Notes: a model not told the origin generated them from the letters alone. A stretch of DNA of 64,000 nt from an uncultured archaeon (GCA_963810275.1 CAWENF010000003.1:96001-160000); one strand, 5' to 3'. Counted from the stretch's first letter, positions 9,378 to 19,333 are shown. Translations and numbers: made by a program.

Positions 9378-10817
9378 TTATTCGCCCAATATTCTTCTAA
9401 ACGCTGGGAACATTTCCGCAGCACGTTCACGCATCAAAAGTTCGTAGTACTGGTAGATGATACCCACTGTCAGCAGGATACCAGTACCCGTTCCGAACGC
9501 TCCTAAGCAGTCGGAGAGACCAGCCAGCAAACCTACAAAGATGCCTCCTAAGACGGTGACAACTGGAATGTAGCGTTTGAGTATGGCTTCTATTGGGCGT
9601 TCGCTGCGTCTGTAACCTGGAATCTGCATACCGCTGTCCATGAGTTGCTTAGCGACTTTCTTGGGCCCAAGTCCACCGACTTCGAGCCAAATTAGCGAAA
9701 ACACAGCACAGAACGCAACCAATATGGCGACGTACACAGCTGCTTGGAGCGGGGCATCAAGGACGTACCATATGTTTCGGGGTGCAGTTACCAGCCACGC
9801 CAAACCACCGACGGGCACAACAGATCCAGAGGCAGTGGCGTTATAGTCACCGACTATTTGGAAGAATAGGTTTGTGCCTGGGGCTGGTTGTCCAAATTGG
9901 CTCCACAGTAGCTGTGTGAAGAAGTACACGTTGGCAAATAGTGCTGAAGCGAATATGACGGGCAAGTTGCTGACGTAGAGTAGTTTGATTGGATATCTGC
10001 TACGGAAGCCTTTGTAGCCTGCGTAACTCATTGGCAACTCGACTCTTACACCTTGCAGATATATGACGACTAGGAACACTACAATTGTTCCGATGAAACC
10101 AAGAAGTGACGGGTAGACGGCGTTTATGCTGCCAAACGCCCATTGGAAGGCTGTTTGTCCGCCGTTAAGGAGTTGGGAGAGTGAACCGACGAAAAGGCCA
10201 GTTGGAGGTGCGAACATTGACCATATGATGGTCTGGGCGACACCAGCCATGATGAAGAGACTAATACCACTGCCTAGACCCCAGCCTTTCTGCACAAGTT
10301 CATCCATTAACATAACGATTATTCCTGCGGATAGCAACTGTATGAAAATTACTACCACGGTGACTCCCGTAATACCACCTGTCGCAGGATCCCCGAAGGG
10401 CACGCCGTACATACCACTGAAGATGTAAGCACCGCCCTGGACGGCGGTTAATACTATGCTGAAGACTTTACTTGCAGAGGTAAAGAGACCTCGGTCTTCA
10501 GGGTTAGATAAGTCGCATTTGATGATGTTGGAACCTGCCAAGAGCTGGAGAATTAAACCAGCGGTGACAATTGGCCCGATACCAAGCTCCATCAGGGTGC
10601 CCTGATTTGAGGCGAAGATGACCCTGAGTGAACCAAAACGGTCTGCAGCGGTGGAGCTGACACCGTAAAGCGGAACCTGGGTCATCACGAGGAAAATTAC
10701 TAGAACAATGGCGGTCCAGAAGATTTTTTCGTTAAAGCTTACTTTGCGTGTGGGCTTTTTAATTTCAGGTAAAACTCTGCCTATGGGTTTGAACAGGCTG
10801 AGAAATCTTCCGGCCAT
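9378..10817 (-). CDS. secY: Preprotein translocase subunit SecY
   Basis: GTLMELGIGPIVTAG, GWGLGSGISLFI, YPIKLLYVSNLPVIF, GMQIPGYR. Confidence 0.98.
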   Translation of the reverse strand: MAGRFLSLFKPIGRVLPEIKKPTRKVSFNEKIFWTAIVLVIFLVMTQVPLYGVSSTAADRFGSLRVIFASNQGTLMELGIGPIVTAGLILQLLAGSNIIKCDLSNPEDRGLFTSASKVFSIVLTAVQGGAYIFSGMYGVPFGDPATGGITGVTVVVIFIQLLSAGIIVMLMDELVQKGWGLGSGISLFIMAGVAQTIIWSMFAPPTGLFVGSLSQLLNGGQTAFQWAFGSINAVYPSLLGFIGTIVVFLVVIYLQGVRVELPMSYAGYKGFRSRYPIKLLYVSNLPVIFASALFANVYFFTQLLWSQFGQPAPGTNLFFQIVGDYNATASGSVVPVGGLAWLVTAPRNIWYVLDAPLQAAVYVAILVAFCAVFSLIWLEVGGLGPKKVAKQLMDSGMQIPGYRRSERPIEAILKRYIPVVTVLGGIFVGLLAGLSDCLGAFGTGTGILLTVGIIYQYYELLMRERAAEMFPAFRRILGE

Positions 10818-10825
10818 TCAGCAGT

Positions 10826-11248
10826 TTACTCCTCGGAGGCGTCTACTTCTGCTTCTGGGAGGATGAGTTTTCCGCCTGCAGCTTCTATTTTTTGTTGAGC
10901 GGATTTTGATGCTGCTGCTACTTGAACTGTTATGGCTTTGGTGACTTTGCCTGTGCCGAGTAGTTTGGTGTAGCCGAGCGCGGTTAGGTTGATTTCCTTT
11001 CCTGCTGGTATTTGATCGAGTTTTTGCAGGTTTATTGTGCTTTCTACACGGTTTTTGCTCCGTGGAGATGTGAAGCCAGTTTTTCCGAAGTAATTTTTAT
11101 CTGAGGTTACGACTTTGCTCCAGAGGTGCTTGTGGCGTCCGACTTTTCGGTTGCCTTTGCTTCCGCTGTCACGGTGTTGTCCGATTCTTCCGTAACCTTG
11201 AGTTCGTGAGCCTCTAAATTTCCTGATTTTCCTAAGTTTATGGGGCAT
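10826..11248 (-). CDS. rpl15: 50S ribosomal protein uL15
   Basis: RKFRGSRTQGYG, KLLGTG, KIEAAGG. Confidence 0.97.
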   Translation of the reverse strand: MPHKLRKIRKFRGSRTQGYGRIGQHRDSGSKGNRKVGRHKHLWSKVVTSDKNYFGKTGFTSPRSKNRVESTINLQKLDQIPAGKEINLTALGYTKLLGTGKVTKAITVQVAAASKSAQQKIEAAGGKLILPEAEVDASEE

Positions 11249-11561
11249 GATGATCTGCGTTTCCTAATGCTGTTGATTCTGCTTTTTTTAACTTTATCTC
11301 AAGCACGCCGTTCTTGTATTTCGTGTGCGTTTCGTCTGGAATGACTACCTTCGGTAAATTTAAACTTTTATAGTATCTGCGTTCCTTTGACTTGGCGGAC
11401 AGTGTTATTTTTTGATCTTTTACGTTTATTTTGAAGGTGTCCTTGTTGAAGCCCGCTATCTCGGCGACTATGGTTATATTGTTGTTATCTTGGAAGATGT
11501 CGATTAAGGGCTTTTGATCATGTTTTTTTGCGTATTTACTGGATGGTCGGAAGTTGGGCAT
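11238..11561 (-). CDS. Small heat-shock protein (Hsp20/alpha-crystallin); may start upstream at ATC 11681
   Basis: PLIDIF..VAEIAG..YKNGVLEIKLKK alpha-crystallin domain; 3' end overlaps the rpl15 start. Confidence 0.85.
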   Translation of the reverse strand: MPNFRPSSKYAKKHDQKPLIDIFQDNNNITIVAEIAGFNKDTFKINVKDQKITLSAKSKERRYYKSLNLPKVVIPDETHTKYKNGVLEIKLKKAESTALGNADHHAP

Positions 11562-11973
11562 TACGGGGTTAGCTTTTAAATTACCCTGTGACCTTTTGGC
11601 AGTTTTGGATGTTGAAGTTAAATCTTTAATGTCTAACCATCTACGATTCTTGTTGGATCTTCTCCATCTTGCGCTCGTGATTTCCCCCTCCGAATTAACT
11701 ACCGATTTCTATGAGGACATTATAAAACGTATCGCACAAAAAGGATTAGAAAACAGCTGAATTGCAATTGGGAGTTACTTGCCAGTTTTGACGGTTGTTA
11801 AGCTGATCAGGGCAACATCTTTTCTAATTTCCATACGCTGGTCTAGGGAGCTAGTCACCCGTTTAGCGCTGCTCGCTTACTGATAGCATTTATACAGTTT
11901 ACGGATGTGTTTCTTTGCGTTTGTAGAGGTACTTGCGTAAATTATAAAAGACGCCGCAATTACATACTATAAT

Positions 11974-12125
11974 GAGGAAAAGAGTCACTCGCAGCTAAGC
12001 ACCAAAGCCCATGCGAGTGCAACGCAAGCAAAAGAACGAAATCCTAATAACACAAACATAACATTGAGAACTTTGCTATCACGAGGGAGAAAAAACCGAC
12101 TCTTTTCCTCTCCCTCCTTTTTCTC
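11974..12125 (+). ncRNA. Candidate structured non-coding RNA of unknown family
   Basis: TATA-like TTATAAAA at 11942-11949; 13-bp terminal helix 11974-11986/12098-12110; internal helices; competing hairpin followed by a T-tract. Confidence 0.45.
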
Positions 12126-12238
12126 ATAAAGCGTAAGATGAGAGGCCATTTTGCAAGACACCTCAGTACTAAATAGCATCAAAACTTTTTGAGCATTAAG
12201 TTTCACAAAGGATTCTTCGCTTGAAGCTTAAGCCCTCA

Positions 12239-12907
12239 TCACGGATTTGTTGAAGTAATTGACGCATAAATAATACCCGCAACCACTTCTCCGCCTTCAT
12301 AAGTCAAGTGAACACCATCGGTTGAGTACTCTGAGTGCCCAACCATCTGCGAGTAAACGTCAATTATCGGCACACCTGTTTCGTCTGCCGCCTGCTCTAT
12401 GTAGGGGATTAGTGTTTGGGCAAAGAACGCGGGGTTCATTTTGCCACCTTGACTGTCAAAGATGGGCGGAGGAAGCACGACATAAATGTCGGGTTTTTCA
12501 GGCAGTGCTTGAAAGCTTTTTATAATCACCTTATAGTCGGCGACAAAAGTCTCGTTGTAGGGTACGAGGCTGGGCTGAGCATCGTTTGTGCCAAGCATAA
12601 TTATGACAATGTCGGCTTTGTAGTCCAATGCATCTTGGTAGACAGTAGTGTCCATGTATGGCGTATCCGAAGCAAAATTTACCGTTGTGGCACCAGCCCC
12701 GAAGTTGCGTAGGTCGTAGGTTTGGTTGCCCAGCAGGTTCCAAAGCGTGTAGGGGTAAGAAGTGGACTGAGTTAGGCTATCGCCGACGCAAGCCACGCTG
12801 ATTCGCGGGTCCTGCGCAGCCAAAAGAAAGTAAACTGCAAAGCTTGCAACAATAATAATAATGACTAATCCGGCAGATAACACCAGTTTTGTATTCATCG
12901 CAGTCAC
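12239..12907 (-). CDS. Membrane-anchored SGNH/GDSL hydrolase
   Basis: Catalytic blocks GDSLT, NFGAGA, LGTND, DGVH; N-terminal TM. Confidence 0.9.
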   Translation of the reverse strand: MTAMNTKLVLSAGLVIIIIVASFAVYFLLAAQDPRISVACVGDSLTQSTSYPYTLWNLLGNQTYDLRNFGAGATTVNFASDTPYMDTTVYQDALDYKADIVIIMLGTNDAQPSLVPYNETFVADYKVIIKSFQALPEKPDIYVVLPPPIFDSQGGKMNPAFFAQTLIPYIEQAADETGVPIIDVYSQMVGHSEYSTDGVHLTYEGGEVVAGIIYASITSTNP

Positions 12908-12977
12908 TTACACCTTAAGTATCGCTCTATACTGAAAAGATTTTGAAATATAAAAAATTGCCATTCCTTGCCAACAT

Positions 12978-14279
12978 CTAAATAGTGCTAGAAGGCTTTC
13001 TGTTGAATTTGAACACAGCCACAACCGCTATGACAACCATGACGGCGACACCTAAAGAAACCATAATCACAAACGGCTCGTTATCATAGCTAGAAATGTT
13101 TGGCGGGTCAACGGTATTGTTCCATGCGATTACATTTCGATAGCCGACATTGTCTTGGTTGGGCGAGGGGTAGATAAGGTCGAGGCTGCCACCGTAAATT
13201 TCCAGCAGGTCAAGCACACTGGCGCTAATATTTACAGTTAATTCGTCGGGCGGCCACAGTCCCCAGACACGGTCGCTTGGCCCTCGGAAGCTGTAAGCAT
13301 AATCCTCAGGTAAGACGGCAGCCGTGCGCACTCCGATTGCGTTTTGGGGACGAGGATGGTTTTGGGCGTAGGTCCAGAACCGCTGCATTGCATCGAGATG
13401 TTCCTGCGTAAACACATTTTCGGTCCAGCCTTCGTTGGTGTCAAACACTAAGATGTATTTGGCGCCGTTCTGGTAAGCCAGCACCATGTCGTCGTAGAGT
13501 TTAGCGCCGGATTCCATGTAAGGAGGGTCAATGTAGGACCAGGTAATCATTATGCCCCAATCTTTGTTGTGAAGGGTAGCGGCGCCGCGGCATAAAGCAA
13601 CGTTAAGTTGGCGACTGTAAGACCAGTTTCCGCCCCGTTCACCAAACTCGGCGAACACAGTGTCGTAGCCGGCTTGGTAGTCCCACCAGTAAAGGGCATA
13701 GTCAGATGTGAAGAAAAGGTAATCAGAGCTAAAGAGCGGAAGGTCACTTTTGTTAACAAAACTTAAACCAGGAATGAAGGTGTCGTTACCCAGCCACCAA
13801 CTCATCATCTCCACGTAATGCTCTGCGGCGTCAGTATAGCTATCAGCTTCTAAAACAGCGGGGTATTTGGCTTGATCAATCTGTTTGCCTCCAGCTTCAT
13901 CAAAAAAATAGATGCCCATGAAGTGGTCTCCGTAGGTTTGGTTAGCGTAATCAAACCACTGCCGTGTAGGGTAACGGGGATCGTCAGTATAAACTAAAAA
14001 GTTTAAACCTTTGCTGTAGACGTAGTCGCTAATGTCAGTAAGCTGTGTTGTATTGTAGTCGTAGCTACATCCGATTATGAAAAAGTTGGTGTAAGCAGAG
14101 ATGCTGTCGATTAAGTGTTTTGTCTGCTCGATGTCTCCGATGGCAACGTCTACTCCAAAGTAGAGGGGAAGTGCGTCTGTATTCTGCGCTGCTGTATTCG
14201 AAGTTGAGAAGCAGACGCCTGCAAATACTGAAGCCAGCAATAGTAGAATCAGTAGAATGACGCTGGAGGTATTGTTCAT
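12978..14279 (-). CDS. Secreted, C-terminally anchored hypothetical protein, possibly glycoside-hydrolase-like barrel
   Basis: Signal peptide, GIYFFDEAGG motif, aromatic-rich, C-terminal TM; fold is inferred. Confidence 0.6.
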   Translation of the reverse strand: MNNTSSVILLILLLLASVFAGVCFSTSNTAAQNTDALPLYFGVDVAIGDIEQTKHLIDSISAYTNFFIIGCSYDYNTTQLTDISDYVYSKGLNFLVYTDDPRYPTRQWFDYANQTYGDHFMGIYFFDEAGGKQIDQAKYPAVLEADSYTDAAEHYVEMMSWWLGNDTFIPGLSFVNKSDLPLFSSDYLFFTSDYALYWWDYQAGYDTVFAEFGERGGNWSYSRQLNVALCRGAATLHNKDWGIMITWSYIDPPYMESGAKLYDDMVLAYQNGAKYILVFDTNEGWTENVFTQEHLDAMQRFWTYAQNHPRPQNAIGVRTAAVLPEDYAYSFRGPSDRVWGLWPPDELTVNISASVLDLLEIYGGSLDLIYPSPNQDNVGYRNVIAWNNTVDPPNISSYDNEPFVIMVSLGVAVMVVIAVVAVFKFNRKPSSTI

Positions 14280-14359
14280 TAGTTATACTGGAGAGTTCAA
14301 CCGCTAATAAAATTTACTTAAATTCCCACAAAACCCCAAATACCGCCGAGAGTAGCAGT

Positions 14360-15460
14360 TTAGCCTATGAGGCTCTTAAGGTAAGGCACCTTCTTTAGCG
14401 CCCAAACAATCGCCAACGACACAAACAGTACAATCACTGTTATGAGAGGTATCTCCACGATGGGGTCAAGCAGAGTACGGTTTAATGTGAAGCCCAAGTA
14501 GCCGTTTTGGATCGATTCAAGGATAATCACGTGTAAGAAGAAAATTGCCAGCGTGTTTTCTCCGAAGAGTTTGATGAGACGGTTCTTTACGGAATGCACC
14601 TGCTTTGCCTTGGGAGGTTTCACAGTTAAGAGCAGCAGAAACAGCATCACGGAGGCAAAGATAACGGTTGGGCTGATGTATTCTTGGAAGAAGTACATAT
14701 TGACAAGTTTAGGTGCCTCACCGTAAGCATAGTCTGCGGCGGCTAAAGCGTAGGTGGCCAGCGCCGTCAACGCCAAACCCAGTACAACGAAAGCTGCCAA
14801 TTTCTTACGATCCATCTTCACCGTAAACAAGTAAGTACCCAAAACAAAGTACCCCACGTAACCTGTCATGACAAAAACGTTGGCGTTAAGAGCAAACGGA
14901 GTTATCAGCAGAAAACAGGGTAAAACAGCCACGCCAATTGCCCAAATAATTATGAAATACTTCACCAACACATGTTCGGCGTTAGCCATAAAAACTCTAA
15001 GAATCGGCGTCAACAAATACAAGCCGATAAGGACGTACATGTACCAGAACTGTGAGTAAGGACCGTTAAGGATACCTTGCAGAATTGTCCAACCAGAAAA
15101 CGGCAGCTCCTGAACTAAAAAGTCCCAAAGGAAGTAGATGGCCCCCCAGAAAATAAACGGCAACCCAATACGCACCCAACGTTTTCGGAAAAACACGCTA
15201 AGTGACTCCTTTTTATAGGGTTCGAGCAGTAATGCGCCTGTCATCATCAAAAACAGAGGCACACCAGTGGTTACTGCTATGCTCTGGTAGACTGACACAA
15301 CTCCCCAGCTTGCCAGCTGTGACGGTGTTAAACTGCCCAGCTGTGCGGCTGTTAGGATGTATTGCCCTGAAGCGTGTAGCAACACAACGCCAACTATCGC
15401 GACAGTACGGATTAGGTTGACGTCTACTGGACAACCTCGAATTAGGTTGAATTTTTCCAT
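14360..15460 (-). CDS. Acyltransferase family 3 (WecH/OafA-like O-acetyltransferase)
   Basis: NLIRTVAIVGVVLLHA, GVPLFLMMTGALLL, KRWVRIGLPF, QFWYMY; about 10 TM. Confidence 0.9.
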   Translation of the reverse strand: MEKFNLIRGCPVDVNLIRTVAIVGVVLLHASGQYILTAAQLGSLTPSQLASWGVVSVYQSIAVTTGVPLFLMMTGALLLEPYKKESLSVFFRKRWVRIGLPFIFWGAIYFLWDFLVQELPFSGWTILQGILNGPYSQFWYMYVLIGLYLLTPILRVFMANAEHVLVKYFIIIWAIGVAVLPCFLLITPFALNANVFVMTGYVGYFVLGTYLFTVKMDRKKLAAFVVLGLALTALATYALAAADYAYGEAPKLVNMYFFQEYISPTVIFASVMLFLLLLTVKPPKAKQVHSVKNRLIKLFGENTLAIFFLHVIILESIQNGYLGFTLNRTLLDPIVEIPLITVIVLFVSLAIVWALKKVPYLKSLIG

Positions 15461-15542
15461 CCTAAAACAATAGTTGACTTAAAACAAATTAAAGGCTTAT
15501 CGTATATCTTGATGCCGAGCAGCATGATTATTAGAGCTAAAA

Positions 15543-15848
15543 TTAAATCTCAGGTACATTGTCAAACTGGTCACTGGCAACAACCTCACTGTCTGTACGC
15601 AGGTAATCTTCACCGTCAACTATAACCAGATGAACGTCCTCGCCTTTACGCCACTTCCCCATAGGCGTGCGGAAAACCGTACTGAAAGTCAAACCTTTCT
15701 TCAAATGATCAACTACGTCTGATCGGGAGAAAGATTTTGTTTCGCAGACCATACAGCCGAAATCCGAGTGTACTTCGACTGTTTTGACTTGGTTGCTGTT
15801 GGAGTCGGTTTTAACACCTGAAATAAGGTAGTCAGCCCATTTCTGCAA
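15543..15848 (-). CDS. DUF3892-like small protein
   Basis: WADYLISGV...VHLVIVDGEDYLRTD...DNVPE pattern; probable TTG start at 15848. Confidence 0.65.
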   Translation of the reverse strand: MQKWADYLISGVKTDSNSNQVKTVEVHSDFGCMVCETKSFSRSDVVDHLKKGLTFSTVFRTPMGKWRKGEDVHLVIVDGEDYLRTDSEVVASDQFDNVPEI

Positions 15849-16059
15849 AGATTCACACCTGCGCCAGTCTGTCTTTAAACTATTATTTAACGGTTGTTGC
15901 ATCACTCATTGACAAAGAAAAAGCAGATTTAAGACCTCACTGAACAAATATACAGCATCGTACAACCTCAATTACTAACGCCTGAAAACCTTGAACGCCT
16001 GCAATAGCATTTAACAATGAGGGCACATCCGAAGAGGCGGGAAAGGAGAGAGAAAAAAG

Positions 16060-16583
16060 TTGCGGAGAAAACAAACCGCACTAGCTGTTGCGCTAGTTAT
16101 TGGAATAGTATTGATACTTTACGGAATCTACATCGGTGTTATGATTGGAGCTGACTGGTACGGAAAAGACGCTACCTTTCCCTGGCATATGAACAACTAT
16201 ATCGTCATGGAAGCTCAATATGCCTAAAGTATATTCGGTTTAGCAAATATTGCAATCGGCGGCTTAACCTCAGGCGTTGCCTTATCGGTGTTCTTCATAA
16301 GGCACAAAAATACGAAAATCACAGTCGCATTGATGGTAACTTTTTTTGTTGCAATCGTAACCAGCAGCTTAGGATTTAACACGCTTGACTCATGATAGGA
16401 TGCTCCTACTGGACCAACCAAACCTACCCTCCGCCAATACAAATTGCGTTTTTCTCTGTGGATGTTTGGAACTTTTACTTCTTTTTCTTCGTGGTCCCAC
16501 TCTGGGTGGGAGGCTTAATAGTCGGCTCGGCTCCGCAACTGCATACATTAACTTGGTCCACACACACCATTATAACCTCATGA
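16060..16583 (+). pseudogene. Disrupted multi-TM membrane protein gene
   Basis: TTG start after a purine-rich RBS; in-frame TAA 16225-16227 with hydrophobic coding continuing; frameshift near 16391 into ORF 16392-16583. Confidence 0.6.
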
Positions 16584-16766
16584 AATACGTAGCTAAAAAG
16601 AATATTCCAGAAATAATGCCGTCCCGACAAGACAAAGGCTATCTAACCCAACATAAAAAACATCGCTCACCATCATGTACTGTTTGAAGATAACTTGGAA
16701 GGTACAAAATAAGTTCAGCTAAATCCGAAAAAAAACTTTAAAAAATAAAAATTTGGACGCAGGTGC

Positions 16767-17258
16767 TTAGACCATGCGTTTGACAAGTTCGTTTATTGCT
16801 TCACCGCGGTAGCCTGATTCACCGCCTGCACGGAAAGACTTCTTGGTGTTTCCATGGTAGCCTTTACTTGGCGGATGAAGCTTGAAACGTGGTTCGATAG
16901 CTGGGAGGTTTTTGTATGCGACTTTGCAACTTAAGACTGCATCTGCGAGTTCTTCGATGGATTTGTAACCTTGCTCCTGCAGATACTCAGTATTAATTTT
17001 CTTGCTGCCTTCCAAGCGTCCGCGTTTCGTCAGCATTTCGACGACGGTTCCTTTTGTGGGTTCGCCCCAAGTAACGTAGTTGTTGACACGTTGTAGCATG
17101 CCTTTGTAGGCGGGACGACTGTCAATGAGGATTGCATGGTTAGTGTGGGTTAAGCGGAGCAGTTCGAGAGTTTCGCGGGCTTCCCTGAGTGCATTGATTG
17201 TGCCTCGGACACGAACCACTACGAGGCATTTACATTCTTCAGTTTTCTGTTGTGACAT
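16767..17258 (-). CDS. rpl30: 50S ribosomal protein uL30
   Basis: VVRVRG..TLELLRL, YVTWGEP, FKLHPP, GYRGEAINELV. Confidence 0.97.
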   Translation of the reverse strand: MSQQKTEECKCLVVVRVRGTINALREARETLELLRLTHTNHAILIDSRPAYKGMLQRVNNYVTWGEPTKGTVVEMLTKRGRLEGSKKINTEYLQEQGYKSIEELADAVLSCKVAYKNLPAIEPRFKLHPPSKGYHGNTKKSFRAGGESGYRGEAINELVKRMV

Positions 17259-17260
17259 TT

Positions 17261-17929
17261 TTACTTCACCCAATCAGTTGTGGTAATCAAGTTGTAGGTT
17301 TTCTTTAGCCCGTCAAATATGGCGCATGCATAGGATGGAACGGTTCGGGTTGAACCATAGCTGCGCATCCAGAGGTCTTTAACACCTGCAAGCCCAAGAA
17401 TAACTTTGGCGACTTCGCTTGAAACTAACCCTAAGCCTCTTGGCCCGGGGATAATAACTGCACGGACACCACCGCATTTGCCTTCTACCTGGAAGGGTAT
17501 GCTGTGGGGTTTTCCGCAGCTACATTCCCAACTTCCGCATCCACGTTTAACGGGGACAATATTGAGGCGTGCGTTGGCTGCTGCTTTTTCGATGGCGTTA
17601 CGGACTTGACTAGCTTTGCCTTGCCCTAAGCCGATGTAGCCGTCTCTGTTACCGACTGCGACGATTGCTTTGAAGCGTGATTTTTCGCCTGCATCAGTCT
17701 GTTTCTGGACTAAGTTAACGTTGATGACTTCTTCCTGTAAGTCTGGAATCAGGGAGTCGACGATTTGGGATTCGCTGATTTTTATTCCACTCAGGAATAC
17801 TTCTTCGATTGTCGTGATTTTGCCTTCTTGAACCATTTTCCCTAAGCGGGTTCGTGGAACCCACTGTTCTAGGCTGGCTTGGCGTCTTTCGGCGTCTCTA
17901 CTTCTATCTCTTTGACCTCTGTGACTCAT
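17261..17929 (-). CDS. rps5: 30S ribosomal protein uS5
   Basis: WVPRTRLG, VQKQTDAG, RGCGSWEC, PGPRGLGLV. Confidence 0.98.
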   Translation of the reverse strand: MSHRGQRDRSRDAERRQASLEQWVPRTRLGKMVQEGKITTIEEVFLSGIKISESQIVDSLIPDLQEEVINVNLVQKQTDAGEKSRFKAIVAVGNRDGYIGLGQGKASQVRNAIEKAAANARLNIVPVKRGCGSWECSCGKPHSIPFQVEGKCGGVRAVIIPGPRGLGLVSSEVAKVILGLAGVKDLWMRSYGSTRTVPSYACAIFDGLKKTYNLITTTDWVK

Positions 17930-18876
17930 TCTTCATTTTCACCCTTCTTGGTTACCTTTTTGGCTGGTACATTCTCTTTAGGGGGAACTGCCTTTTCTTT
18001 GGCCTCTGCAATTGGAGCTTCTACTTTTACTGGCTTTTCAGCTTTCTCGGGTTTTGGAGTTACTGAAGAAGCCACTCTAATTGATGCTTCAGTTGCCTTG
18101 GCTTTTGAAGCTGTCTCCTTAGCTTCAGGCGCTTTCTCTTTAACTGGAGCAGCAGATGCTTTTTCCTTTCCTGGAACAACATTCTCTGATGCTGGCTTAG
18201 CTTTCTCCTTAGGAGGAGCCGTTTTAGCTGGAGGCGGAGCCTTAGCTTTGGGCTTCACTTTTACCTCAACTTCGGGGGCAACCTCCATACCCTTAAAGGA
18301 GGCAACAATTGCTGCGCGAACCTTGCTGAAGTGCTCAGGAAGCGTCTCGGGGGCAACCTTTTGCTTGAGGAACATACTGAATTGAGCTTTGTATTCGTCG
18401 CTATCCACACCGAGTTCTTCAGCATAGTTTGCTATATGGTGACCTTTGGTGCGTTCTTTAACAAGTTTATCTTCGCTGTAGGGGATTTCTATACCTGCAT
18501 CGACAACGCCGTGCAGAACTGCAAATACCTTATTGCCTTTGGTTGGGATAGCCATACCGAGGTCAAGGATTGCTTCGTCTACGTTTGCTGCTTTGGCTTT
18601 AAGTCCACAAATCAAACCAGTGAGGTATGCTGCGGGGATATTCCCGGCGGGTGCTTTCCAACCGTACTTTTTGATAAGTTCACGACTGTTGGCTGACGCA
18701 AGGGTCATATCACCTATTGGTTTAGCGATGATTATTTGTGCAGTTACGTTTTTGAGTGAGGGACGAACGACGAGTCGGTGTCTTCCCGAAATAACCATGG
18801 CTTTACGGGCTTGGTAATCGGTTTTGCCTGAACGTCTGCGTCTAAGTTGTACTCGGTAGTTTGCGCTTTTTGCCAT
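17926..18876 (-). CDS. rpl18: 50S ribosomal protein uL18 with long Lys/Ala/Pro/Glu C-terminal tail
   Basis: RRRRSGKTDYQAR, GNIPAAYLTG; about 110 aa low-complexity tail. Confidence 0.95.
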   Translation of the reverse strand: MAKSANYRVQLRRRRSGKTDYQARKAMVISGRHRLVVRPSLKNVTAQIIIAKPIGDMTLASANSRELIKKYGWKAPAGNIPAAYLTGLICGLKAKAANVDEAILDLGMAIPTKGNKVFAVLHGVVDAGIEIPYSEDKLVKERTKGHHIANYAEELGVDSDEYKAQFSMFLKQKVAPETLPEHFSKVRAAIVASFKGMEVAPEVEVKVKPKAKAPPPAKTAPPKEKAKPASENVVPGKEKASAAPVKEKAPEAKETASKAKATEASIRVASSVTPKPEKAEKPVKVEAPIAEAKEKAVPPKENVPAKKVTKKGENEE

Positions 18877-18877
18877 C

Positions 18878-19333
18878 TTAACGTTTCCTCCATTGTTCGT
18901 TTGATTTTAGGTGTCGCTCCATTTCGGCGATGGATTGGAATCTTCCACTGCCTGCCATACGGTAATACTGGGTGTAAGTAGATTCTGTGATTACTCGGCT
19001 TGCTTTAAGCTCGCGGAGTTTACGTCTTAAGGAGCGAATTCGAATCATCCAAGCCTGTTTCTTGGTTACTTTAGCATAGCCTGCACCTGTAAAGCTGCCA
19101 GCTCCGCTGCGTCTGCCTAAGCGTTTCTTTGCGCGTATGGTTTTTGCGCGTGAACGGCTAACCCCTTTCTCAGGCAGGGAAACAATAATTTTCTCATGAA
19201 TCATTTTGCGTACTTCTTCACGTGTAATTGCGCCTTCAACGTCGTCAACACGTTCAGGATCTATCCAAACTCTGTTTTGACCGATTTTGAGGATTTCCGC
19301 AGCTAAACGTCTTTGACCACTTAGGTTAGTCAT
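18878..19333 (-). CDS. rpl19e: 50S ribosomal protein eL19
   Basis: QRRLAAEILKIGQNRVWIDP, WMIRIRSLRR. Confidence 0.98.
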   Translation of the reverse strand: MTNLSGQRRLAAEILKIGQNRVWIDPERVDDVEGAITREEVRKMIHEKIIVSLPEKGVSRSRAKTIRAKKRLGRRSGAGSFTGAGYAKVTKKQAWMIRIRSLRRKLRELKASRVITESTYTQYYRMAGSGRFQSIAEMERHLKSNEQWRKR

